The notes: generated by a model from the letters alone, not told the origin. Counted from the first letter of the stretch, positions 1 to 12,316 are shown. The stretch: DNA of 61,342 bases from Dicyema japonicum (GCA_011109175.1 RDEW01000016.1:858367-919708), one strand, 5' to 3'. Translations and numbers: made by a program.

Positions 1-5
1 AATCT

Positions 6-1910
6 TTAGAGCAAAATTTCGCGTCTTTTCAAATTTCTTGAGGATAGAGTCTCTTTTTCGAATCGCATCATCCTTCTAAACCGTATTACATTGCAGGTAG
101 TATTGCAGTGTTGAAGACATAACAAAGTCTCCAGCTCGAGTTTTAACTTTCTAGCGCATAAAGGAGCGTTCGTAGCTGTTTTCTTTCGTATTTTAGCAAG
201 TTCCAGAAAATTACCTTCCTTGTCAATTAGGAGGCTAATGCATTTCATAGTCTTCTTCCCAGGTATGTCTTGTAACGAGCTCTTTAGGTTAGCCACCCTC
301 CTGCTTCCAGTTATCCTCAGCATACCAGACTTCTCATGTGCCACCAAAAGGAAGTTTTCATTACACCACTCTTCGATCTGGTCCATGTACGTCTTCAATC
401 GTTTCTCAGATACCAAAGAGTTTAAAGAAACATCATAAATTATGACGTCATCAGCGTATATCAAGATTTCTGTACGTGGGTTTTCTGGGGAAGGCAATTC
501 ACTCATTACAATGTTAAATAATAGAGGACTGAGCACTGAACCCTGAGCTACACCTCTTCTCAACCAAATTTCACGAGATTCATAGTTTAAAAAATTAACA
601 ATAGACCGTCTATTCGAGAGCAAAGTTCCTTTTCAACACCTCATTTCGCAGACAAATAAGAAAACCAGGATATCACACACTGTCAAAAGCTTTGGATAAA
701 TCAGGGCAGACTGGGGTCAAACATCCTTTAGATTCTACAGCCTTCACAATTGACGCGTTAACGCTGTACAAACAATCTCCACCAGACCGATTTTTTTCAA
801 AAACCCCACTGATGCTCTTTTAATATATCATTACGTTCTATATTTTCAGAAAGTCTAGTGAATACAATTCTTTCCATAACTCCTGAGATCGTTAATATAA
901 GGCTTATGGGCCTATAACTGGTTGTTAAATACCCAGGTTACCCAGATTTACGTATCATCCTGACCTCCGTCAATTACCAATGCGAAGGTATATGGCCCAA
1001 CCTGATACTACACGTATAGAGATATCCCAGATATTCATAGAGTACCTGGGGTGCTTCCTTGAATAAACGAATAGCGATCTTGTCCTTTCCAGGAGCATTG
1101 TCTTTAGTGCATTTTACCGCATTTTCAACTTCTCCGGTATTTATAGGGCTGTGACGTAGATGTAAAAAAATAATTAATTTTTCCAGTTTTTCTTTTAGAG
1201 AACTGAGGGCCAAACGAGACAGTCGCTCGTCATGGTTAACCTGCTGTATTTTCGGAGTTCATCGCCAAACAGGTTAGGAATTTCTTCTAAAGATACTGGA
1301 GACCCATCATGACATTGCAACAGTGGAATTTCTTTTCTGGATTTACGTCGGTTATTTTATTATAGACTTTCCAAAAATTTTGGTTTTTTTCGATACAATT
1401 CACTGCACTGAGCTATCCAAAAATTATTCTTAACTTTCTCTAATCTGCGTATTTTTTTGCGTGATCATCATAATTTCTATCTCCAAGAGCCTACAGTCAT
1501 GCGGATCAGAACATCGACGTAGTTTGTTTTTCAAACATTGTTTCCTTTTCAAAAAGACTATAACATTTTTTTGTGTCAAATGAGAATTCTTGTAACCAAA
1601 TAGACTTTATTCGCATATATTTCGAGGTACGTTTAAAAAAACAATTAGAGTCACTCGAACTCTCAAGATCCAACTTGGAAGACTCCGGATTACAAAAATT
1701 CCCAAAATGTTCCAAATATATAGCAATGCTTTTTCGGCAATGGTCCCAGTTTATACTTATCACATCATAGGTTACTAGAGCAGGCTTGACCTCTAAAGGA
1801 GTTAGGCTGAGTTTATAAAGGATTGGTAGATGATCACTACCAATATTACCAAGCGTAATCGGTCGTTCCAAAAATTGATGAACAGAATCCGATATTAACA
1901 CCATTCCCAA
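6..1910 (-). mobile_element. Degenerate APE-RT non-LTR retrotransposon (Jockey/I/Ingi-like), frameshifted
   Basis: Collinear fragments: APE C-terminus GSDHLPILY (1506-1910), RT N-terminus APGKDKI...IPSHW (974-1213), RT core GVAQGSVLSPLLFN and YADD (6-623). Confidence 0.9.
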
Positions 1911-2199
1911 ATATATAAATACTGGTCGTTTATCAATGAAATAAAAAACTCAAAGAACACTTAAGAATTTCTCGTTTTCCTTGGTAGCTCATACACCCTA
2001 TAAGACTTTGCAGAGGAGAATAGCTGCGCGGGTGATCTTACGTGAATTCTTGTTGAACGAAATATTAAAGATTCACTGTCCAGTAGACATTTCACCTGGA
2101 ATTAGTGCATTTGCAAAAACCTGATAAAAGTGTAGGCCCAGTCACGAGTCTAAGTCCATAGTTTTATTAATGTTTCTCCAAAAAAAAACTTTATTTATC

Positions 2200-2860
2200 A
2201 TAACTTTCATTCAAATATCAAGTTTGATTGACCGATATATGCCGCCGAATCACAATGGATTTAAACGGGGATGGTCAACCATGACATTTTTTTGAGCTTT
2301 CGATGGCTTACGGCTATTCGGCAAAGGTCGTCAAGAACATTATAATTTACTGTTTGTTCTCAAGGACATTATTGATGAAAACTGCTAAAGGATTATACGA
2401 TTTTGCTGGCAGATACTTGTCTAAAGGTGAAGGTGGGTAAAAGTTATTCGGAAACATCCACAGCCGGTATTGGTCTTCTGGGTGACTTACTTTCACCAGT
2501 TATTTTTGAAATTTATTTGGAAAGTGTTTTGAGAGACGTTGGGTAAGAATTGGGTTATCTAAACGAATGTCTAATTGAACTAACCTATGTGGACTACATA
2601 GATTTTGTGTTCGACGACGTGGAGTTACATAATTCAGCTGTAGATAAATCCACAGACAGATATTTTGAATATATGGCCATTGAAAATTAACAAAGAAAAA
2701 ACTGATCTGACGTCGATTGAAAAAATGCCTACGCTAATTGATGTAAAGTGGAGGTTCGTAAAAAAACTCAGCTCGCTTCTGGGAGATGATGAGGATTTTG
2801 CTTGCATAATAATGCTAACATTCTGTGCAATAAATAAGACGTGGAGCATTTATAAATAAG
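2200..2860 (+). mobile_element. Highly decayed non-LTR RT remnant
   Basis: Remnant motifs GFKRGWST (~2260), GLLGDLLSPVIFEIYL (~2473) and YVDYID (YADD-like, ~2586), with many stops. Confidence 0.55.
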
Positions 2861-3337
2861 GTTAAAAATTTTTTGATAACTTAATGACCGTGTTCTTATT
2901 GTCTTAATCTAATGATGATTTTTGGTCTTTAAATAAATCTAGTTGAAGATTTTTAGGAAAATTTAGAACCTAAATGAACTAGTGAAGTTTACACAAGATG
3001 CTACTTGCAATTACTTGCAATTTTATTAAAAATAAGTTTAACATAATATCATCTTCTTTCAAAGAACTCTATTTCTCAAAAAGAATGTTAGATTCTAAGT
3101 TTTTTCTTTAACATAAAATACTGGACGGATACTATAAAAATACTTTTCCAAAAGGCCTACGAAAAAAGTAATATCGGTTACAATAATAACTTCAAACCAG
3201 TCTTATACTATTAATTTGTTTGTTTTATTTATTATTCTTCTAATGCTATTTTCAATCAATAATAAATTTACAAAAAAGATTAGTTTACCAAAAAATTCAT
3301 AGTTAGTACTAATAGTAATAATGCTAACCCAAAATAA

Positions 3338-4936
3338 TCAACACCAAATAGAATGGTCAGAAAAGTCCAAATACATATTTGATGAAGTAGCATTTAATTC
3401 CAAGATAACAAAATAATTGACGCCTTTTCTCAAATATGGATAAGGTAAATATAACGATATTGGGGACCAACATTCCAATTGAGTCTGTACATTACGAATC
3501 CAAAAGGCTGATCAATGTCTTCGAATGTGAGAGGATATTTAGTTGTAACAGAACCATTTCGAATGTATTTGTAATAATTAAATATATTTGACGGCTACAT
3601 TTATTAAATAAGTAAAAAACCCCTGACATTTCAATTCCCTGATATTTCTTGTTAACTATTGGTGGAAGAATTGGAGGAAGGTCCATTTTTAAGTACTGAA
3701 TGTCGCACAAGATAAACTACCTTGATAACACTATTCCTGATAGCATAATAAAGTGGAGTATATTCCCCTCCTTCACTGAGAGGGGCAGAATAATCATAAC
3801 TAGTTACCACTAAATTTTTACGTCCGTTCAAATATCCCCCTTGAATACTGATTTAATCCAACCTGCATAATATCCCCAATTTGTGCCTCCTTCGTACATG
3901 TAGCTAAAAAAATTATGGGTTTGCATACAAATTTACGTTTGCTTTCATATAAAGCATTTGATTGAAAGGGGAAATTATTTTATTGATTTCCTGAATTGGT
4001 TTCTTTCCTTTCCAGTTTGTATACCAAACAGTATAATATTCACTATTTAAAAGAGGACCTTTGAGATTATGTTTTCGTAGAACATGAAATGCATCATAGA
4101 TGTTTCCTAACAGTGAATAATAGCAATTACCAGGACCAAAATCTATTCCAGGATATGCATCACTCACAGACCCATGATTTATCGCTGCATCCCAACTACC
4201 GTCAGTGGTGAAACGAATGATTTCTTCTCCCAAATATTTAATGGTAAGGTTCACTAGGAGAGAGAAATACTCCTTGTCCGGCTGATGAGACGTTCCAAAT
4301 TCATTTTCAATCTATAAAAAGTATTTAAGATAGTAAAATAAAATTAAATTCAAATTACCTGAACACTTATTATCGGTCCACCATTTTCGAACGTATAAGG
4401 ACACAAAATGGGCAGTAGAACAGAAAACCATTTATGAACAGACTGAAGATAAACTAAAAATGTTATAATAAATTACATAAGTCAGCAGATGAGCGGAGAT
4501 TAACATTTGATCTGTTTGATAATAAGTAATATGGAAAACCTCCCTAAAAGTAAATAAAAATATTACAAATTCCCATTCAGCATCAATGTAAGGTCCTGGT
4601 CTTACTATAGCATACATATTGTGTTTCTTAATCAATTCAAAAAAGTATGAAATGTTAGCGTTTCCTTCAAAGTTGTAAACCCCCTCATATAATTCGTGGA
4701 AATTCCAAGCAATATATCTGAAATATAAACAATAATACTCACGTTTGAACTGCATTGAGTCCCCCAGCTTTCATTCTCATTATTCTGTCCTCCCACTGTT
4801 CATGATGTGTTCGAAAATAGTGAAATGATCCTGAGACATATTGAAAGCATGTGCTATCCTTTGATATACAATTTCTTTCATAGTCGATTTCAATTTCTGA
4901 TTTGACAGTTAAAACCAATAGTAGGCTAATTATCAT
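3338..4936 (-). CDS. GLB1: GH35 beta-galactosidase (GLB1-like), multi-exon; catalytic barrel intact, C-terminal region internally deleted and frameshifted as assembled
   Basis: Signal-peptide-like MIISLLLVLTVKS; motifs YVSGSFHYFR, GGLNAVQTYIAWNFHE, RPGPYIDAEWEFGGFP, QIENEFG (acid/base Glu), SEYY (nucleophile Glu), YMYEGGTNWG, TSYDYSAPLSE, YPLTFEDIDQPFGFVMYR. GT-AG introns of 23-47 nt restore the frame up to GFVMYR. Confidence 0.9.
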
Positions 4937-5322
4937 TAATGTATTTTTAAGTCAAATTTTATTTTCTTTAATATATTAATATTTTAATTAAATTTAATCA
5001 TTTGTTGCAGCAAGGATGATGTGTCTATTACATTTCACTACTGCCATAGTTACCATTTTTTCCCTTTTGAATCGCAGCTTTTCATTTGTCTTAGTTGATG
5101 ATTAATGTTTGTAATAAGTGATGTGATTTTTATTGATTTAAAAAATTAGAAATTTTTACCTAAAAATTTGATTTTATCGATTTAAAAATTTTGATTTTTT
5201 CTTTAAGCGAACTTTATCAGCTATTGAGGCGCTAAGAATAAAACTAATGCATTGAGGGAAATAATCATTGTCTCACCCCAATTCAAGACGATTACCCTTA
5301 CTCATCTAACCTGGTTATGACT

Positions 5323-6400
5323 TTATTAATTATCTCTGGGACATCAAGCCAAACCCTTGAACACATAAATTCCTATCATATAATTGAATATCAATGGTAT
5401 TAAAGGAAAAGTAATTGAAATCCGAAATATCATATAGAATTAAGACATTTACGTGCCTCTTAAAAAGACTTACTTATCACTCTCTTTAACTCCTATATTC
5501 CCGAGCTACACCACCATCAAGACAGACCGGCCATTATGTTTTGGAGGAGGAATTATTACTCTTATCAAAAAATATATCCGCTACAAGATGAATTCTAGCT
5601 ACGAAAATCTCCCTTCTCTGTGGAATGTCTCGGAATCTCAGTACCTACAAACATAGGAGACGTTACAATAGTGAACATATACATACCACATATCGGCTCA
5701 TTTTCAGAAGACTTCACACTCTTTCTGGAAGACTTACAAAATGGTCGAAACATACTGCTATATCTAAATGCAAAACATTCATCGAACCTGAAGTCTGGGG
5801 GTCAAAAAATTTCCTTACTCTTACAGACCCATATCCAATTTTTGTCCATCGGCGAAAATCTTAAAGAAATAATTTTCGATTGATTCATTAATATTTCCCC
5901 ATAACTCCCTTCCAGCAAGTATTCAAGAAGGGTCTTTCAACTACAAACCCACATCACAACCTTAACAAAATTAATTATGGAGGGTCTAAAATACAAACCG
6001 GAACATCAATGACGCTCTATTTGCATATAATAGGTTTTAACTCAATATCAAAAAAAATACTTCTAGGTTCAGACATTCCAAGCAACTTGAAAAAATGCAT
6101 TGAGAAAATTTTTAGCCAACTGAGAGGATAGGTCATTTCGAGATGTTCCAAGTACGTCTTGACGCTTATAGTATATGGAGTGTTACAAGAATCCCTTTGT
6201 CACCACTGTCCTTAAACGATCTAGCAATCAGTTCTGAAGACATCGTATTAATTCTTTTATATTCGGATGATAAAATTGGACAAATGTGTCCAAAAAGCCA
6301 CCGGACAATAACAAGATCTTACCAATCGCCTAAGCATGTGATTGGAGACAAATTTAGTGAATAAGAGTAAAATAAAAATGTTCACAATACTCTTCACCTC
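5323..6400 (+). mobile_element. Decayed LINE: 2A-like remnant, APE endonuclease and RT fragment
   Basis: LNINGIKGK (~5384), DRPLCFGGGIITLIK, ECLGISVP...IVNIYIP; later GVLQES/SPLSLNDL...LYSDD (6177-6270). Confidence 0.8.
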
Positions 6401-7149
6401 AAATAGAAGATTTACTAACTCTTCCCAGGAACAAATAAGCAATATATCGTCTTCTATCATAAAAACACAACTTTATAAAATCGCTACTTGACCAATCCAG
6501 GAGCTCTTTCTCTGTGACTCTAGGTTATCTATATTACCAGTACATTAAACAAACCTTGATCCAGAGCCTCGTGTACAAATCTAGCAAAAGTGCACTTAAG
6601 AGAAATTCAAGAACTTTCATTCCTCAATAATTGGAACTTTTAAGAATTTGTCGTCATTTTCAAAAGATCATACATTATTCGAGACCTTTGAGAAAAAAAC
6701 AGGTGCGCGGTTTATCAGACTTAAACCTTTGTTAGTATCACGAGTCTACGGAAAATGTGTGGAATCCCATGAGAAACTCCACGAATAGATGAAGTAGTTG
6801 CTGAGATGAGAGGATAGGTCATTTCGAAAGAGGCTGGGGTCACTTAATGGACGTATTTTTATTCCTTAATTTAATGGTGATTCTTGGTCTTAAAAAAAGT
6901 AAATAATCAATGTGGTGTTGACACTCATGATAACTATCTAGATCAACTTGAGAAACATTGGGTTTCGCATACGCCATTTATAGTCAGACGTCCAGGTGAT
7001 TGAAGAAAGATAAAGACTTCCAACTTATCGTACCAGTTGTTTTTATAAAAACAACATAATTAGGATATATAGACTGATTTTTTTAGATAGCGGAAAATAA
7101 AAACTTCTCTCCATATAGAAAACTTTTTAGATGGTCACACTTAAAAAAC

Positions 7150-7420
7150 TCACTTATACGCCGAGTTCATTAGATCCGCTCAGGCAGGGCACACACTTTG
7201 TTTAAGTAAAAAACAGTTATGATAACTAATCGTAGAGAAAACTAAGGAATGATCTTCACTTCTTTTTTTCTTTCTGTTGGGTGTATTTTCTCTATGGACG
7301 ATCCGGTTCAGCAAAAACATCGGAAAATGCGTGGTACCTTAAACCGAAATGTACAGCAGCGGGATTCGAACTAAGGGCATCAGGCCTCTTACCCGGAACT
7401 CGTTACATTGCGCCACACTT
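7150..7420 (-). mobile_element. tRNA-derived SINE, copy 1
   Basis: Minus-strand A box TGGCGCAATG (7406-7418) and B box GTTCGAATCCC (7361-7371); 3' body matches 29200-29345. Confidence 0.8.
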
Positions 7421-8674
7421 GTAAAAGAAATAATTGATTTTTAATTTTTTTATCAATGATCTTGTTTTCATGCGGGTCAACTACTCGTAGATAAAACCTT
7501 AGAGATAACAGGCACACCTTCCTTATTAAACAACTAACGAATAGTTTGCTACGGATGAGCATCAAATTACCTTTCTAACAAATAATCTATGAATTAGCTG
7601 CGGAATAGATAAATATTTTTTCGAAAGCTATATATGCGTACATCTCTCCCCAAATGTCGGTTTATAATTCTTTTCTTTTTGATTTTTCGTGTAAATTGTT
7701 TAGTGACCTCAGGAGAGCTTAAGTCGATTCCAGAACTTGTCGCCAGAGAGCGAAACTATTTCCCGGTGGAATGAATAGATGGATCCTTTTGAATGCCGGC
7801 CATAATTAGGCGTCTTGCAAATAAGGTGGATTTAATGACGCCACCAAAGAAAGAAAGATAAATCTTTAGTCAAGTAGACACACGGCACCTACTTAGCTTC
7901 ATGATGTATGAAAGCCATTGTCTTCTCTCTTCTCGTTTACATGAATGAGATGGAGGACTTAAAGACATTTCTAAACAAAGGAAGTATCAATGCATGTAGG
8001 ATCCGGGTTCGAATTTTGCCCAACCCAAAATTGAAAGAAATTTGAGGATCTCCAGTCAGAAGTTGTATATCATAATAGTCAATATGATCTTACCTTGTCC
8101 ATTCTTAAACTGCATTGAAATAAAATTAATATTAATTTATCATTTGCATAGGTCATTGAACTCGATTAAAAATGACAAAATCAATATTCCGTCATTATGA
8201 CTAGGTCTCCATTATGGCCTGAAGGCATTGAGAACGCAATGGAAGTTACCCCTAATGATCGAGAGCCAATGTTCTCGAAGAGCTATTAAATTATTAAGTA
8301 TATTGGAAATTTAGAGGCCCATTTGATTGTTTGTGAGTCAAATACGAAAAGGGAGTTGACCTTGATGAAATGATCCAATCCCACAGTGCCAAAAGGGAAA
8401 CTAAGTCGAACATTAGTTTATGTTTGCTTATTGCAATTAATATTTTAGCAGCTTAATTGAACAGTTTAGGACGTTCTACCAGTCGTCCCATGCAACTTTA
8501 CTCCTCGCACGCTTCCGTAGTTCATCATATATTTCAATGACAGAATAAACTTTAATTTGATGTTAATATTAAATTCTTAAAAATCGATTATTTAAATTCT
8601 ATTAATTTTGATAAATTACTATTTAAAAGTTAATAGAAAAAATAAATAAAAACTTAGTTTTTGTGTTGTTATTG

Positions 8675-9480
8675 ATGGGCGTGGTCAGAAAGAGTTCTAA
8701 TAGATTTAATGAGTTAATTTTTCAATTTAATAGGCAGATGTTCTTTCAGAGATATCGAGAAAAGGGAAAACTATGATTATTTTAAGGAACACAGTCATGT
8801 AGCTTCGGGAAATATTTTCCAAGTTGATCAGATCATTTTACTTTAGCATCGAAACAGCTTGTCCGTGTTTAATTCTCTTCCAATAAGCAAGCAAAATCCA
8901 TATAATATCAAACTTGAGGATGACGGACCTTTTGGAAACGATGAATCAAGAAATTTTGTTTTGGTGAACTTAAGTAAGTATCTGGTCACTTCCATGGATT
9001 GTTGTACCTGTGGCAAAATACTCACAATTTATGATTCATATCCGCTAATTGATGGACTCTTCTATCTTTCGTCTATTAAGCACTCATATAACGCTATATC
9101 TGTATTTTTCCGTCATAACCGCAAAATAGGTTACTCATGAACTGTCTGACTTGTACATGAATTCAATCTGCTTCTGGTGCTTGACCTATTCTGGATTACT
9201 GAGATGTAAAAGCTGCAGACAATTTTGGTGTGGCAACAAACTACGCATAGGAACTTTGTATGAATACGATATTTTTAGTGCTATCGCGTGTTGTATTGAG
9301 AGACTTAAGTGCAGGGTTTTGTCGCCATTTATTTTTTAGAATTGTAAAATTTATCTTAGTGAAGATTTGAATAATTATTACTGTTGGTATAGCAGGAAAT
9401 TTGTTTGCAAGAATTGTAAAGTTGAAGATTTTCACTTTCAGCACAAATTAGAAGATATTTATATTTTCAATAACAGATGA
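8675..9480 (+). CDS. HECA: Headcase protein homologue, 5 exons, predicted 234 aa
   Basis: GNIFQHRNSLSVFNSLP...LEDDG, CCTC...YPLIDGLFYLS, CFWCL...CKSC..W...IGTLYEYDIF...CC.ERLKC, CKNC...FHF. Four GT-AG introns (25, 24, 28, 24 nt) give a 705-nt open frame. Confidence 0.9.
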
Positions 9481-10275
9481 CTTATAGTTTCTTTAACGAA
9501 TATAGTTTTTTGATGAATTCTTTGTTTTGTAATTTTTTCTCTCTAAATGACCGGTTAATTAGATTTTCTATACATAATTAATAAGAGTACACTCCAGCTA
9601 ATAAACCACTTGGCTGACTAAATTTTATGAATTATAATTTTAGACTTTGGTGAATTTTCATATTTTTCCAGTTTTGAGGTTTTTCTAGGTTAGGATTTTT
9701 GTAAAAATTATTTATTTTTTAACGTATCATATTAGTAAGGATTGTGTTCAAATAGGTTTTTTGTTTCATTAGAGTTAAGGCTATTTGATAAGGACTCTTG
9801 TCCGTTATCCTCCTCTACAAAAAATAATATCAACAATCGGACTAAATAAGTTGGCAAAAACTGAATAATAATTTCATTGTGAATAAAATAGATAGTTTAA
9901 ACTTGTAATGAAAAAGTATTTTCATTTCAAACTAAAATATAAACGCCTATCTACAGGATATGCTATATAAATGTTTCGATTTCATTCCACAATTGGGGAT
10001 ATTTTTCTATAAGTAACCCATATTTGCTAAATATGACTTTAGCTTCAAAATCATATTTCAGATTTAATAAATTTTCTGTTATTTCTGAAGATATATTAAC
10101 GTTTTCAGCTACAAATGGATTTATATACCAATCAAAAAATTTTAATTTTTCTAAATCATTAAATTTTAAATTTTATAAATCACACAAGAAAAATAAAATT
10201 AATTAGAAAAGCACATAATAATTGATTTATAAAACCTGCTTTATATTTTGAGAGTTTTTTACGAGATATATCACA

Positions 10276-12231
10276 CAGGGGAGGCCAACCGGTCGATCGC
10301 AATCGATTGATTTTTAAAGCTTGATATACAAATTGCTAATTATTTTTTTGTTTTTGAATTATTATTTATCAATATTAAAGTTAGTATTTTTTCACGTGGC
10401 TTGTTATGAGTTGTAGCAAAAAGTGTAAATTATATAAATTTATTGTCAAATGGGAATAAAACTATGTTTTTACGATACACATGGAAACATGTTAATTCGT
10501 CAAAATCTGCAACAATTGCATCACTCACCTCCTTGCGAAACACAAGAAACCTTTTACTGATGGTGATATTTTAAAATCATGTTTTTGGAAGCTTTCATTA
10601 TTTGATGATATAAAAATAAACAGGAAATTACTAATTGCATTAAAAACATGCAACTCTCAAAACAGTCCGTTGTCAGAAGGTCTGAAAACATTTCCGACAA
10701 TTTTTTTCTCAGTTAAAAAAGGATCTGCACACATGTTCATGTTTTTCTCTTCAGTTCGACGAATCAAACGATGCGGTTGATATCGCGCAATTATGTGTAA
10801 TTTTCCCGTTTAATTTTCCATGATTTAACTGTCAAGGAAGAATTATTTGCTATTATACCTATGAAAGAAAGAACAACTGGCGAAAATATCTATAATTCTT
10901 TAAAAAAATTTTGTTATTATTCGATTTATTACCGTTAATGAAGAAACTTGTATCCATAACAACAGATGGTGCGCCTGGAATGATTGGAAATCAAATGGAT
11001 TTCTTGCATTTTGTCGGAAAGATGTTCATTTCCCGAATTTTTTTAAACATATCATTGCATCATTCACCAACATGCATTATGTGGGAAAATGTTAAATTTT
11101 AACTATGTTATGCAAACAGCCGTTAAAATTATTAATTATATTCTTGCTAAGGCCCTACAAAGAAGATTATTTCGACTTTTTATAGAACAAGTCGATCCAA
11201 ACTATGGCGATCTACCTTTGCACTGTGACACAAGATGGTTAAGCAAGGGATTAATTCTTACTCATTTCAGAGAATTATTGCCACATATTAAAGAATTTTC
11301 AAAAGAAAACAATAAGGATTGGCATTTTCTTGATAATCCTGATTGGCTTTTAAACTTGGCATTTTTAATTGATATTACCACAAAACTGAATGAACTAAAT
11401 TTGGAATTACATGGAAGCAATAAATATATTCTCGATATGATCAGCTCAATAAATTATTTCAAAATGAAGTAGAATTTTGGATATCTCAAATCCAAAAAGA
11501 AAATTTGACCAATTTTCCTAATATTGAAGATGAATTCACAAAACAACTTGTTAATGAAAATCAGTATGTCAATGAATTTGTTGTGGTACTACAAAATATA
11601 ATGAACGAGTTTAATCACAGATTTGGCGATTTTAAGAAAATTACTCTTTATGCACTTTCTTTGCTTCTCCGTTCATCGAGAGTGACATCGAAAATGTTTC
11701 AGAAGAATTTAGAAAGATTTTTGGGGTTGGTCCAAGAAAGATTCAAATAGAAATTATAAATCTAAAAAATGACATAATTTTAAAAGTACATTCAAATGCC
11801 AACATTTGGAAATTTATGTCTCCAGAAAAATATCCCATTTTGATTGATGCGTATCAACGAATTCTTTCGTGCTTCAGAAGCACGTATTATCCGAAACATC
11901 ATTTTCAAGCATGAAAATGATTAAATCTCAACACAGGACCCGTTTAACAGATGACCACCTTGGGGACTGCATGAGAATAGCAATAAACTCATATGAGCCA
12001 GAATTCGAAATAATTGCAGGATAATTACAATGACAAAAATCCCATTAAATTTTTTATTATAAAATAACAATTCTCTACCTTTTTGACGTTTTTATTTCTT
12101 GTTCTCTTGTTTTGTTAAATAAATTCTAATATTAAAAAAATGTTATTAAAATACAAAAAAATATATACAGTCGATTGTCAGAAAAATCGCTATATAAGTA
12201 GCTCGCGAGCGAAAAAGGTTGGCCACCCCTG
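10276..12231 (+). mobile_element. hAT DNA transposon (Buster/Charlie group, GTF2IRD2-like transposase), non-autonomous and frameshifted
   Basis: 15-bp TIRs CAGGGGAGGCCAACC (10276-10290) and GGTTGGCCACCCCTG (12217-12231), 1 mismatch. Motifs KHKKPFTDG, FSLQFDES, SITTDGAPGM, HCIIHQ, HCDTRWLSKG, WLLNLAFLIDIT. Confidence 0.93.
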
Positions 12232-12316
12232 CCGTAACAATCAGTATTTGTCCAACACTTATGACTACGCCATTACGAGATATATGTTGAAAATTTTTAT
12301 TTTTCAATTGAACATA

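Noticed and set aside
3545-3600. Apparent AT-AC or AG-less intron in the beta-galactosidase gene
   Set aside because: A canonical 26-nt intron (gttttttacttatttaataaatgtag) restores the frame to PSNIFNYYKYIRNG.
7995-8030. B-box-like GGTTCGAAT suggesting a tRNA gene
   Set aside because: No A box at the right spacing and no cloverleaf.
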